NCBI GenBank assembly: GCA_048013815.1
Contig: CM106585.1
Span: 19,344,001 to 19,408,000, forward strand
From: Setoptus koraiensis
Taxonomy: Eukaryota > Animalia > Arthropoda
Direction: 5' to 3'
Length of the DNA: 64,000 bases
Below the pieces are notes generated by a model. It saw nothing but the letters and a program-made list of their open reading frames with translations, did no database searches and was not told where the DNA came from. The translations under genes and the position numbers were made by a program. Below, piece by piece: positions 1-12,089 of the stretch; the stretch's first letter is position 1, and every line of letters begins with the position of its first letter.

Positions 1-3000
1 CTACTGTTTGTGTACTCAGTTCAAAAAGAATACGTCTCCTTGTCCGTTACGGCATCGTCGCCAATCAATGGAACAGGCGACAATTGTGATCAAGCGCAAA
101 CCCATTGCGCCACCCGCGACACATTGTTCAATCTAGATAATATATCCAGCGCCAGCACCAGCTCGTCATCGGCCACTTGCAAATCAGGAACAGAATTTTC
201 ATGCGTATCACGTTTACAATGTATTCCAATGGAGTTTGTTTGCGACAGGCAATACGATTGCCAAGATCAAAGTGACGAGATTGGATGCTCGGCGCCCAGC
301 GTTATAAGTGAACCTCCCAGAGCGTTGTACGGGCTAGAACACGGCGCCATCAACATAAGTTGTGAGGCAAGCGGATTGCCAAGGCCATCTATACACTGGA
401 CGCATAATGGGTTTAATTTGACTGGCAATGAAGCGGAAATTTTGTCGTCTTCGACAACACAAATAGGCACCTCAGGAGTGCCAATTATATCGGACGTGTA
501 CGGCAGCCAGGGCGCCCTCATGTATTATGTCATGTCGACAGTTCAATTTGTGAATTTAAACCAGCAAGACGCGGGCTACTGGGCCTGTCATGCGTCCAAC
601 AATCAGGGCAACACGTCCAGTTCTATCGAGACACTATTGACCGTACGTCAAAAAGCTCAAATATGCCAGCAGCAGCCTTATTTCAATGATTTAGCTACCA
701 GCGAGGACGAGTGTCTCAAATGCTATTGCTCTGGCGTTTCTGACACTTGTTTCAGTAGCAGTTATTATCTTTCAAAATTGCACGTTGCAACGCGGCCTAG
801 AGTGGTTAATATTTTGTCGACAGTGTCGGTTTTACACAGCAGCAGCAGCAGTAGCATCAGCAACAACGACAACGATTATCGTCAGCCCAACAATGGCACA
901 AATGGCGCAAGCAAGATGATTGGCGAACAGAAAAGATACAGATCTTATGAGGAGGCCGAGACGCAGGATAATTTCGTTCTGCCCGACTACCACAACGGCT
1001 TGAGTCAATATAGGAATGAGGACAGGCAGGCCATGTTGAACAACGTTCACAACGGCCTGTTCTACTATTACAAGATTGAACCGGATGACATCGAGGATAG
1101 TAGAGCCAGTTTTCAGCCAAACGACCAAAACAATGGCAACAATACGGATTTTGCTGCCCGACAGCGCAAGTGGCAGCATAGCGGCGATGGCAAAAGTGCC
1201 GGCCTGTCGCTCATAAGAAGCTACGGCGGTTACATGAGGTTCTCGTTCACTTTCGGCGTTTCGAACCCAACGGTCGGCTCGCCAGTCGATTATGCAACCG
1301 ATTCGAACGACACGGTGCCCGTCAGCAGCGCCAGCAACAATGGCACCGACATTTTCAGTGAAAATCAGTCTCTGTTGCAAGATTTGGCCGATGTAATTTT
1401 GGTGTGCGGCAACGGCGACGTTATTTATCATCATTACGACATTTACAGCACGTCGATTGTCGCCAACCAAAACAATCATTTGAGTGTGCCGTTAACCGAA
1501 AACTATTGGCTGATGGCGATAAACAGGCCGGTATCATCGATGAATCACGAAACGAACAAGTCGAGCGCGACGAGGAACCGCCAGCAAGACAGCACTGCTG
1601 CCAACAAAAAATCCGGCACTGCCCCGTACAACTACGACGTGAACTCACATCAATTGGCATCATCGGCCATCAACGACGTCCAACAAAACAAATTGTCGCT
1701 GCTGTCGCAGCGCCCAATCGAAGCCATCCAGCCAACGGGTCCGCAGCACCGTGTGACAGCGCGACGGTCGGACTATTTCAACGACATGGTGTTTGCCCGG
1801 CACGGAGTGCATCATTTGGCGCCCTCGCGAGATAAATTTATGTTTTGTTTGAGCGACGTGAGGGCGCTCTACATCAGAGCCATTTACGATGTGAGACAGA
1901 TCACGTTCAATGTTAGCAGCATCTACATCGACACGGCCGTCGGCGGGGCCGTATGGAACTCGACGATGGGCTCCGATTTGCAAGCCTCGCTGGTGGAACA
2001 GTGCGTCTGTCCGACCGGACACGAGGGCAGCTCGTGCGAACTGTGCTCAAACAGCTTCGACAGGTACCTGGCCGCCGCCACAAGCGCCAGTGGCAGCATT
2101 GTGTCGTCGGCGGCGGCGCCACGAGTTTTGTGCAAATTGAAAGTTCGCGGCGAAGCCAATCGAAGCGGCACCAGTATCGGCTCGGTGCCCACTCCCCACT
2201 ACAGTCACTATTACAATCAATCTGCCTCGATTTTGCCCGTTTTATCCACGAACGACAACAACAACAGCAGCGCCAGCCCGCAGCCAACTCCAGCGACCAG
2301 CAACAGCCATTGTGCCGACACCGGAAGTGGCGAGCAGTGCAAAACGCCGGCGAATAATTGTGCAAACGACCACCAGTCTCCCTATTGTGATATACCCACA
2401 ACAGCAACAACAACAGCGGCGGCAGCAGCAAACAATAGCAGCGGTGACCTGAGCTCGTTTGTTGTGGCCATCGAGGAGCCGAAGAATTTGAGCGTGGCCG
2501 TCGGGGCGTTCGTCAGGTTCACGTGCACCGTCAGTCGGGTCAATTCAACAAGTGACACGAGCGGCACGAGTGACGCAAGCGACTCGCAAGCCAATCTGAC
2601 GCTGGTTTGGTCGCGACTATTCAGGCCCAGTGCCCAGTACACGTCCAGTTCCACTGTGGTCAAGCAGCTACAAAATGGCGCCGAGCTGCAGTTGTACAAC
2701 GTCACCCTCGAGGACATTGGGCTGTACATGTGCGAACTGGGCCACAATGTGTCCGACATCAAGGTGAACAGCAGCGCGAGCGGCGGCGGCGCCGGCGAAA
2801 TGCGGGATCCGCGCAGAGACTTTGCAAATTTATCCGTGGACTTGGCCGCCAAGTCCGCGCCATCGGGCGACTCAACGGACGATGCGGATCTGGCGGATTA
2901 TGACAGTGGCGACGGCCAGGCTGCCCACACTGCCACTGCCGGCAGCAACACAACTGCGGCGGGGGACTCGGGCGCGCCCGTACCGGCCGCCCACGATACG

Positions 3001-6000
3001 GCCGACACAGCCGCTCAAGAGGCCGTGGGCAGCGCGAATTATGCGCCGGCGGATTCCGCCGGGCAGCTGTTTTTGGCCAGTCCGTCGCACGAGCAAACCA
3101 TCCGAATAATACCCGGCTACAGCGAGGCCCCCCTGGGCTCATCGCTGCAGCTGACCTGCGTGAGCGACTCGGACCAGCCGGACCTGCAACAAGTGGAGTG
3201 GTCGCACGCCACCGAGGACCAGCTCTATCCCGGCGGCGCCGGCAACAACAGCAACTTGGGCCCCGGCGAGCCGGTGGGCGGGGCCGCGCCGGCGCGCGGC
3301 GTCACAATTATCCAGAACAGTCTCATGATAAACTCTGTGATTGACAGGCACGCGGGCGTGTACACGTGCCGTGCCACCAACGGGTTCAACATCACGAGCG
3401 AGGCGCTGGCGCGCGTCGTCATCGTGCCCGGCGAGGAGACGCCGCCCCAGGTGTACATAGAGCCCGAGAAGGTTACGGGCCGGCTGAACGAGTTTATGGA
3501 GCTGCGCTGTTTCGCCAGCGGCCGGCCCGGGCCCAAATTGAGCTGGCACAAGGTGGGCCAGCCGGGCGGCAGCGGCGGCAAGCACATAGCGGGCCCGTCC
3601 GCGGCACCGTTGGGGCCGCGACTGTTCGAGACGGAGCAGGTAGCCCAACGCGACATTCACCTGTACACGGACCAGTGGCTGTTGAAACCGGAAGCGATTG
3701 GTGCGACCAAAAAGAGCTACAGACGCGCAGTGGCCAGCGTGAGCCTGCTCAAAATAGACACGCTGTCGGTGGCGCACGCCGGCCAGTACATTTGCCGGGC
3801 CCACAACAGCAAGGGCTCCAATCAGGCCTCGGCCGTGCTCGAGGTCGACTACGAGATGCAGCCCACTATCAGGGTGGCGCCGCTTGAGCAAACGGTGCGC
3901 CTGGACAGCCAGCACGAGGCCCGGATCGCGTGCCACGTGCTCGAGGGCCGGCCCCGGCCCAAGATAAGCTGGTTCAAATTGTCCACGGGCGCTGTCCATC
4001 GGCTGGCCCAATCGCGGCGCGGTCTCGAGTCGATGCTGCGCACCGTGCACCACCGTGCACCCGAATCGACGTCGGCGCAGCACTTTGTCAGTCTGGTGCC
4101 CCATTTGCTGGACTTGTCGACGGCAATGGCGACCGGCGGCGCGTCCGCCGCGTCCAGCGCGGCGCTCGACATCCACAACATCAACATACAAGACACCGGC
4201 GCCGGCGCCAGCCCGCAAATGTCCGTGCTGAGCCTGAAACGGGTCACCACCAGCGACGACGGCACCTACATTTGCATGGCCGAAAACAAGCTCGGCCGGC
4301 ACTCGGTGGTGGCCAGTTTGCAGGTCGTCGTGCCGGCCACCGTCAAAATAATGCAAGCGGGCGTCATGAACGCCAACGAGGACGACAGTTTTCAGTTGGA
4401 GTGTCTCGCCAGCGGTCACCCGCTGCCCATCAACCTGGAGTGGACGAAGCGCCACAACCGGTTGCCCTATTTCAGTTTGGTGTCCAGGCAGCAGCAGCAC
4501 GAGCAACAAGAGCGGGCCGTGCTCCGCTTCGACCGGATAGACGCCAACGACGCCGGCGAGTACATTTGTCAGGCAAAAAACAATCTTGACGACGGCGTCA
4601 TTTACGACAGCGTGCAGATAAACGTGGCGCCGAGATCGTCACAGCAGCAGCAAAATGTTTCCGGTCTGCAGGAGACGGACCCGAAATTGTTGCGGCCGCA
4701 ACTGTTCACGAGGCCCGTCAAGATGGTGGCGCCCGTGGGCGCAAACGTCACCATCGACTGTTTGGCCATGTCGGGCCGGCAGCCCATTCTCATCGAGTGG
4801 CTCAGCGTGGACCCGGCCGCTCCAGCCGCCGGCCAGCGGGCCGGCGAGGCTGCTCAGCAGGCCGGCGACCCTGCCCAGCAGGCCGACGAACCTGCCCAAG
4901 TGGGCCAGCAGCGGGCCGACGGGTACCGCGGCGACAACCGGGTGCGCAACTGGGCGCCGGCCAATTCGAGCGCCACACGCCAGCAGGTGGGCTCGAAAAT
5001 ACGTCTGTACAACGTGAGCCGGCACGACGAGGGCGCCTACCAGTGCGTCGGCTACAACAAGTACGGGCGCGACGCTGTGACGGCCGAGCTGCGCGTCGTG
5101 GCGGGCAGCCCGAGCGCCGCGACGCAAGCGCCCGAGCCCGGCAGGCAGCCCGCGGCAAACGGATCCGCGTCGCCGGCCACAAATCCGCCGGGCAACCAGG
5201 CAACGAGCGACACCAGCAAACAGGCGACGGGCGACACCAGCAAACAGGCGACGGGCGACACGCAGCTGCTGACGCAAAGCAAAACCATGGTCGCCTACGT
5301 GGGCTCCAACATCGAGCTGACGTGTCGCGTGGAGGGCGTGCTGAATCCGGCCATCAGTTGGTCGCGCGAGGGCGAGCAGTTGCCCCGATTGAGCCTGCAA
5401 CTGGGGCACAATTTGTGGATTCAGAGCGTCAACAAAAACGACACGGGCCGCTACATTTGCTCGGCGCGACCTAGCGCGCCCAACAAAATCATCCAAGACA
5501 ACGTGACGCTGCTGGTGCGCGAGTCCATATCCGCTAGCGACACCCTGCTCGGCCGGGATATGGGGAACCGGGCAATGGTGCAGCAGCTGGCCAGTCACCG
5601 CTGGACGGTGTCAATAGTGCCCTCTAAGCGATTTGTGCGAGTGGGCGACTCCATCACGCTCGAGTGTCTCATAAAGCTGCAAACCAGCAACAACAACAAC
5701 AGCAACAGTAGCGGCACCGGAAGTGCCGCGCTCACCTTTGAGCCGGCGGCAGACGAGCTGGACTCGCTGGTGGACGCCGACGGCACCATTAAGCGCGAGA
5801 TAAGCGCCGGCTTGGGCCCGGTCACGTGGACCAATTCGAACACGGGCCAGGGCTGGTTTCAGGACAACGTTTACACGCAAGACAACCTGTTGATCATATA
5901 CGATTTGCGCCCCGAGAACACGGCCATCTATCGGTGCACGCACAACGATTTGCAAGAGCACGACGAGTTTGCGCTGACCATTGTCGAGGCGCCCGACACC

Positions 6001-9000
6001 GACGGCGCGGGCCAGCAGCACAGCCAAGAGCAGCGGCCGGTCGCGCCGGTACCGACAACCGCCGCCGGAAGCGGCACTCTTGTTGACCCGCCGACGCTGG
6101 CGGCCGCAGATTACGCCGCAACGGCCGGCTCAGCAGGCCGGGAACAACAGAAATTGCGCCGCTCGTTGGTGCGCCGGGTGCCCATAGAGTCGCGCGTCGT
6201 GCTGCAGTGTCCGTTTGACACAAACCGGGCCAAAATGGGCGACGTGCAGGCCGATTACGCAAGCGCGCTGCACGACACGAGCAAGCTCGTGCGCCTAGAT
6301 CAGCGCGACGTGCTGCATTACTGGTGGACCAAGTGGGGCGCGGGCTCGCGTCTGGCCACCAATCAGCCCTATACCATCAACAGCGTTAGCGTGCTGGACG
6401 CGGACGTGTACGTGTGCCAGGGACTGCTGAGGCAGGCGCCCGCAACCAACCAACCAAATCACGCAAACGGAAGCGCCGGCCCGAGCGAGTTGCAGCCGCC
6501 GGGCAAGCAGGCGAGATTTTACTATTTGCCCACGGTGCTGGCAGTGGATCGGCTCATTGCGCGCTTCGTGCAAAATCCCGTCTCGTTCATTGCGTATCCC
6601 ACCATTACGGGCGCCTATTTTCAGCTCAAAATCGAGATCAGATTCCTGGCCGAACGCGACTCCGGCCTCATACTGTACAACGGCCAGTACAAGCCGTCGG
6701 GCGACTTCATATCGCTCGGCCTCAACAGGGGCCACGTCGAGTTCAGATTCGAGCTGGGCGACGGGCTGACCCTGCTGCGTAGCGTCGCCCCCGTCACCCT
6801 CAACAGGTGGCACAATGTGCTGGTGGAGCGCGATAGGCGCAAGGCCACCCTGCTTGTCGATCAGCAGCCTGTGGTCAGTAACAGCTCCACGGGAAAATTT
6901 CACAATTTAGATCTGGATTCGTTGCTGTACATAGGCGGACATCAGTACTATTACGACAGGTATCAGGCCAACAATTTGGCCAACAGCCGGCAGCTCAACA
7001 GGCGGCTGGCCGTGCTAGGCCAGAGCTGGCCAAATGGGACAACAACAACGACAACAACGACAACAGCGACAGCGACAACAGCGACAACAGCGACAACGAA
7101 ATTCTACGGATTCAGCCAGGGTTTTCATGGTTGCATCAGCCACTTGAGGGTGTCCAATCAGGACATTAATTTGGCCACCAAAGATCGCACCGTGTCCATC
7201 GGCATCTACGAATGCCAGCACAACCAGTGTCACGGCTCCAAATGCAACCCGAACAATTCCGTCTGTCAGCACGACGATCTGGCCAGCTCGTGGTCGGCGA
7301 GCAGCGACGGCCCAGCGGACGGCGCCACAACCCGACTGGACACCCGGCTGCGGTGCATCTGTTTGCCCGGTTACCAGGGCAGGGACTGCAACGAGCCGCT
7401 TGCCCGGCACGCGCAACAAAACGACGCTTGCCAGCAACTGGTCAACCCGCAGCGGGCTCACAAAGTTTGCAATCAGCCGTTCGGTCGGTGCGCCGGGGCC
7501 CGCAGCAATCCGGCATTGGCCGCGCCAACCGACAACCACAACACGGGCCAGCAGCATCACTGCGAATGCAAACTGGGCTTCGCGGGCCCCCGCTGCGACG
7601 AGCGCATCATGTCCGCCTGGCACCAGCAACAGCAACAACTGAAACGATCCGCAGAGCTCAGCTTTGATTCCGCCCTCAACTCTTGGCTGGCCATCCGTCA
7701 GACGCGAATATCGAACGGTCTGTTCAAGGTGAAAATTCAGCTCAAATTGAGGCCAAACTGGCGAGCGTTACAGGCGAAGGATGCGCTCATTTTGTACTCG
7801 AGTCAGAGCGCTTCCGGTTTGGGCGATCACATTATGTTGGCGCTGCGCCAAGACGGCCACCTAGAGTTCAATTTAGACACCGGTTCGGGCGTGACCAGTA
7901 TCAGGTCGCAGAACGCCATTGTCGCAGTGCACGATCGCAGCAACAACAACAACAACAACAACAACAATCAACCGTGGACCAGTGTTACGGTGGAACGGAG
8001 CCTCAACGAGCTCATTATGCGAATAGACGACCAACCGGAAATTGTTCGCCAACTGACAGCTGATCCAACGGTGACAAATCAGCAATTGCAGCAGCAGCAG
8101 GCGCAACATTTGTCGAGTCAGCTGTTTCACAATTCCAGCCGATCCGTTCTAAACATTGGACTTCCGTTTTATGTGGGCGACATAGATCGCAACAGGAAGA
8201 TGCGTCTGCCCGCTTATGCGCAATTCTTCCGACCCTTCGACGGATGCCTGAGTCAGCTGACGATCAACGATTACGAATACGACTTTTCGACGCTGTTTCT
8301 CGACAGCAACATTTGGCTAGGCGCACCGGAAGACGCCCAATATGACGCGGCCTTTTCCAGTTTGCCCGATTGGTTTCTTGACTCGTCCAACATCAAACTG
8401 TGCACCAGGCCAGACGAGGCCGACCAGAGGCGCCCGACTGTGCAAAACAATGCCAGAGACACACCAGCAGCGGTCAATGCCAATGGCGCAAACGTGCCAG
8501 CAATGACCAATGCCAACAGGGCGACAGGTGAATCGGTGTCACAAGACCAGTCGGACTTGGCTGGCTCGACGGTGGCGCCGGCCGCCACTACGGCCGTCAG
8601 CAGTGCAAACAAAAATCAAATTTGCGACATATTGTCGCCGTGTGCCGCAGGGGCGACCTGTTACCCAATTGGAACTGCCCTCTACAAGTGCCACTGTCCC
8701 ATAGGCCTCATGGGCGACACTTGCTCCATGCAAGCGGTCTACACGCCAGAGACCACGGTCCAGTTCAATCAGAATGCCTACATATCGCTGAGATTTGCCA
8801 ATCTCGACGAAATAGCTCACCAGCAACAACAACAGCAGCAACAAGCGACAAATAATTCCTCGAGCTCGACTCAAATTATGCCAAAATCGCAACCGGAAGA
8901 CAGTGGCAGCGCTGCAACTGGTCAGCCGGCCAGTCCGAGCCAAGCGTCCAAAGCGAGCCAATTCAAATTGCCAGTTGTGAACGCCAGCGGCGCCGCCGCC

Positions 9001-9811
9001 GGCGGATACAATCTGACACTTTTGGCCAAGCAATTGTCCATGACAGAGCAGCAAATTATATCATTCACGCTCGTCACAAGCTCCAATTACGGCATCATAT
9101 TTTACCTGGGCCAGGTATTCGAGCAGCAGCAATCGACGGGCGCGTCGCAACAGCAACAACAGGCCAGCGCTTCGGCCAAGGCGGCCCTCACCTCTGATTA
9201 CATAGCCATTGCACTGGTGGACGGATACATCGAAGTGAGGTGAGTCGCGTTCTTTCTTCTTCTCGGGCCCCTATTTATCTCTCTAGATTTTTATCGGCCG
9301 AACCGGCTGATGAAAATCCGATAAATGGTTATATCAGATAATGATCATGCAAATTATACTGTAATAATAACAATGTGCGTGCTTGTTTTGCAGCTACGAA
9401 CTTGGCTCGGGAGTGGCGCTCATCAGGTCGGCCACCAAGGTCAACGATGACAATTATCACAAGATTACGGTGACCAGAAACGGCCGCTTCGCCATGCTAA
9501 CAATAGACGGCACCTACATTCAGGAGGGCCTATCGCCGGGCAAATTATCCATGCTCAACGCTCTAGGCGACATTTACCTGGGCGGATTGCCCAACGCCTC
9601 GCAAATAACAAACAATCGCTACATGACAGGATTTCAGGGATGCCTACTGGACTTTGAGTTGAACCGTCACGGTCCAGTGAATCTGATCAGATCGGACGCG
9701 CTCATACAAATCACTTCCGGTCGCAATGTGTCCCCTTGCATGCGAAAGTCAAAGATACTCGGATCGGCCAGCAGCACGGCCAGCGACGACGGCGAAGAGT
9801 CGGACAACTAG
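1..9811 (+). CDS. trol: Perlecan-like basement-membrane heparan sulfate proteoglycan core protein, 5' end outside window; exons <1-9239 and 9394-9811
   Basis: Domain order is LDLa (CIPMEFVCDRQYDCQDQSDEIGC), Ig, laminin-EGF/L4 (CYCSGVSDTC...EQCVCPTGHEGSSCELC), multiple Ig repeats, then three LamG domains separated by EGF repeats. The frame is open from base 1. Donor AG|GTGAGT at 9240 and acceptor TTTTGCAG at 9393 join in frame to give YIEVSYELGSG (LamG motif). Stop TAG at 9809-9811. Confidence 0.85.
5197..5262 (+). repeat. 24-bp coding tandem repeat (QATSDTSK/QATGDTSK/QATGDT), about 2.75 copies, in an inter-Ig linker
   Basis: caggcaacgagcgacaccagcaaa / caggcgacgggcgacaccagcaaa / caggcgacgggcgacacg read directly. 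Confidence 0.9.
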
Positions 9812-10044
9812 GACATTTAGTTTAATTTGTATATTGAAAACAAAAGTCGTTACAAGCGTGTTTGCGAGCGATGGCGGCGCGATTCGCGGTGAATAAAGAT
9901 CGGGAGATTTGGAGTTAATATCCAACATTTTGTAACAATTTTATCACATCAGCGATGCATTTCTTCTTGCCAAACAAAATGCTGGGCCCCACACCCCAGA
10001 ACAAACGCATCGGCCGAGTTAACCAAAAAAATTGTTATATCTTA

Positions 10045-11448
10045 TTATCCCTCATAGGGGCCCCTTCTCTCGTCGCCAGCGAGAACTAGCAGGGAAACAA
10101 TCATGATGAAACATAAAATTCCTATGCCCATAAGGTGAAGAATGAACGATGCAATAGCAAAATGATGCTCGCTAGCCGATATATGATACGCCGTCTGATA
10201 GCTCGTGGAAGTGAGCATATGACTGGTCAATAGGGAAGTTGTGCCACCGAATCGAACTTGTTTCTCATCGTCCGTGTCAGTGAACAGGGAATTCTTTGTT
10301 TGCTGATCGGGATTTCCATAAAATTTCACTAACATGCCGGCCAATTTCTGATCAACTTTACCCAGACGCTTCAGTAGCCAAGCTTTCGGTCCCGACGCAG
10401 ACGGGGTGAAGCACTGAATGTCTGAATCAATTCTGTCAAATGTTTCCGTCGCCTCGAAACTGTGCCAATTTTCTGTCGCTGTGTCGTCATAAGTCACTTC
10501 CTGTTTCACACTCTCACCAATCTGTCCTTCGATATCCACATGAGCTCTGATTAGGGACACACTCTGACAGTACTGAGCCACATTGAGCCATCTAGTGACC
10601 CTCGGGCTGGTCTGCAGTTCGGTGTCGAGAACTCTCGCCTTATCTCTGGCCATGTAGCCATTGGCGGCAAGTCTAGATATGGGATAAATGGAACTTCGGG
10701 CGTACTCATTCACTGCCTCGCAAGCCCTCTTCGCCTCTAAATATTCATTCGCCATTTTCACGTTGTTCAGCGTGATGTAAATAAATGGAGTCTTTCCATC
10801 TGGCCCCTCAATAGATTCAGCCATCAATAGATTCTCTGGCAATTTTGTCATCCAAGATCCGGTGCGCACAAATATTTTCACCAAGTAGCGCATACTTTTA
10901 CTCAATTTTGGCAATTCATCCAGTGGCACCTCTTTGTTTATTTTCTCATCGATGGCACTCAGGCTTTGCATGAGACTTTCCGATTGCTCCGCTTGTTGTA
11001 GTTTCTTTTCCAGATTTCTTTTGCATGTCACGATCACTTGACCAGCCAACATTCCAAAGAACGGACCCAATCTGTGATTCAATTTTCGGCGCAGAGTTTT
11101 TCCGTAGGTTCTATTGAGGCGCATTTGGTGGTCAAAGTTCAACAATTGGTTGATGGTATGCGGTTCACAAACCGAGTGAACTGTTGGTAATTTTTCAGCG
11201 ATTTGTTTCAGAGCTTCCAGATCTGCAAACCCGTCACGGCTGTGCAGACATTTGTTGATATCGACGCCTGTAAGATTGAGTTCATCGGTGAATTTTAGAA
11301 ACTTTTCGATGGAGTCTACATGGACGATCCTGGCTTTACACTCATTCTTTGAAGCGATCGTTTGGGCCGCTGCAAGCCTCTGACTGCCGAGACAGCCAAC
11401 TATGCAAATAGTGAGGAGTAGCGGCGAGTAAAATTTGTTTGCGAACAT
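10045..11448 (-). CDS. Orphan single-pass membrane protein (signal peptide, Cys-containing helical ectodomain, C-terminal TM), family copy 1
   Basis: Intronless ORF with first ATG at 11448 (MFANKFYSPLLLTICIVGCLG, signal-peptide-like) and hydrophobic C-terminus (FILHLMGIGILCFIMIVSLLVLAG). Collinear similarity to the 26951-28477 ORF. Confidence 0.8.
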   Translation of the reverse strand: MFANKFYSPLLLTICIVGCLGSQRLAAAQTIASKNECKARIVHVDSIEKFLKFTDELNLTGVDINKCLHSRDGFADLEALKQIAEKLPTVHSVCEPHTINQLLNFDHQMRLNRTYGKTLRRKLNHRLGPFFGMLAGQVIVTCKRNLEKKLQQAEQSESLMQSLSAIDEKINKEVPLDELPKLSKSMRYLVKIFVRTGSWMTKLPENLLMAESIEGPDGKTPFIYITLNNVKMANEYLEAKRACEAVNEYARSSIYPISRLAANGYMARDKARVLDTELQTSPRVTRWLNVAQYCQSVSLIRAHVDIEGQIGESVKQEVTYDDTATENWHSFEATETFDRIDSDIQCFTPSASGPKAWLLKRLGKVDQKLAGMLVKFYGNPDQQTKNSLFTDTDDEKQVRFGGTTSLLTSHMLTSTSYQTAYHISASEHHFAIASFILHLMGIGILCFIMIVSLLVLAGDERRGPYEG

Positions 11449-12089
11449 GGTAATTGTGTGTCTTAATGTCACTATTCGTAAATTCAAGACGGTAGGCGAA
11501 ATTGTGAAATTGGTGAAATTGTTTAATCGAACCCGAACTGATATTCACTGCGAGCATATTTACCATACGGACGAAAACTGCTGTGCGCAGCGTTGCCAGG
11601 AAACAACTAGGAAAAGATCTATTTTTAATTCGAATATTTCGTCGAATATTTGGCGAAGTTTCTATAAAAAAAAGGTAGATTTTCAAGCTGGAAAAAATGA
11701 ATAAAAAAAATTTACGGCCTCACTTTTCGGGGGCCCCGCAAATGTCCGAACGGCAATGGTACAACACAGAATGAGAGCCCTATGAAAGAGGTTAGAGAAA
11801 ATATATAATTCAACAAAATCCGAGTCAACGTCGATGACTAAAAATGACGAAAACCACGCCAAGATTGCCCGAATTCCAACGACGCGAACTCGGGAAAGGT
11901 TTCGATCATTCATTCATGCTTGTAAAGGGGTAATGTGTCGCGAAAGTGAAAGCCCTTCGCAGCTGCAATTATTTTTTCACTTGATTCTTTCTGCCGATCA
12001 CACTTTTAGATAATAAATAGTATTTATAATATCAATGAATGGCTATTGTGTGCCGTGTCGATGGCGACGAATCGACGCAAAAGTTGTTG

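Noticed and set aside
832-9054. Numerous antisense and alternate-frame ORFs up to 456 aa over perlecan
   Set aside because: Shadow ORFs expected from GC-rich codon usage; no motifs.
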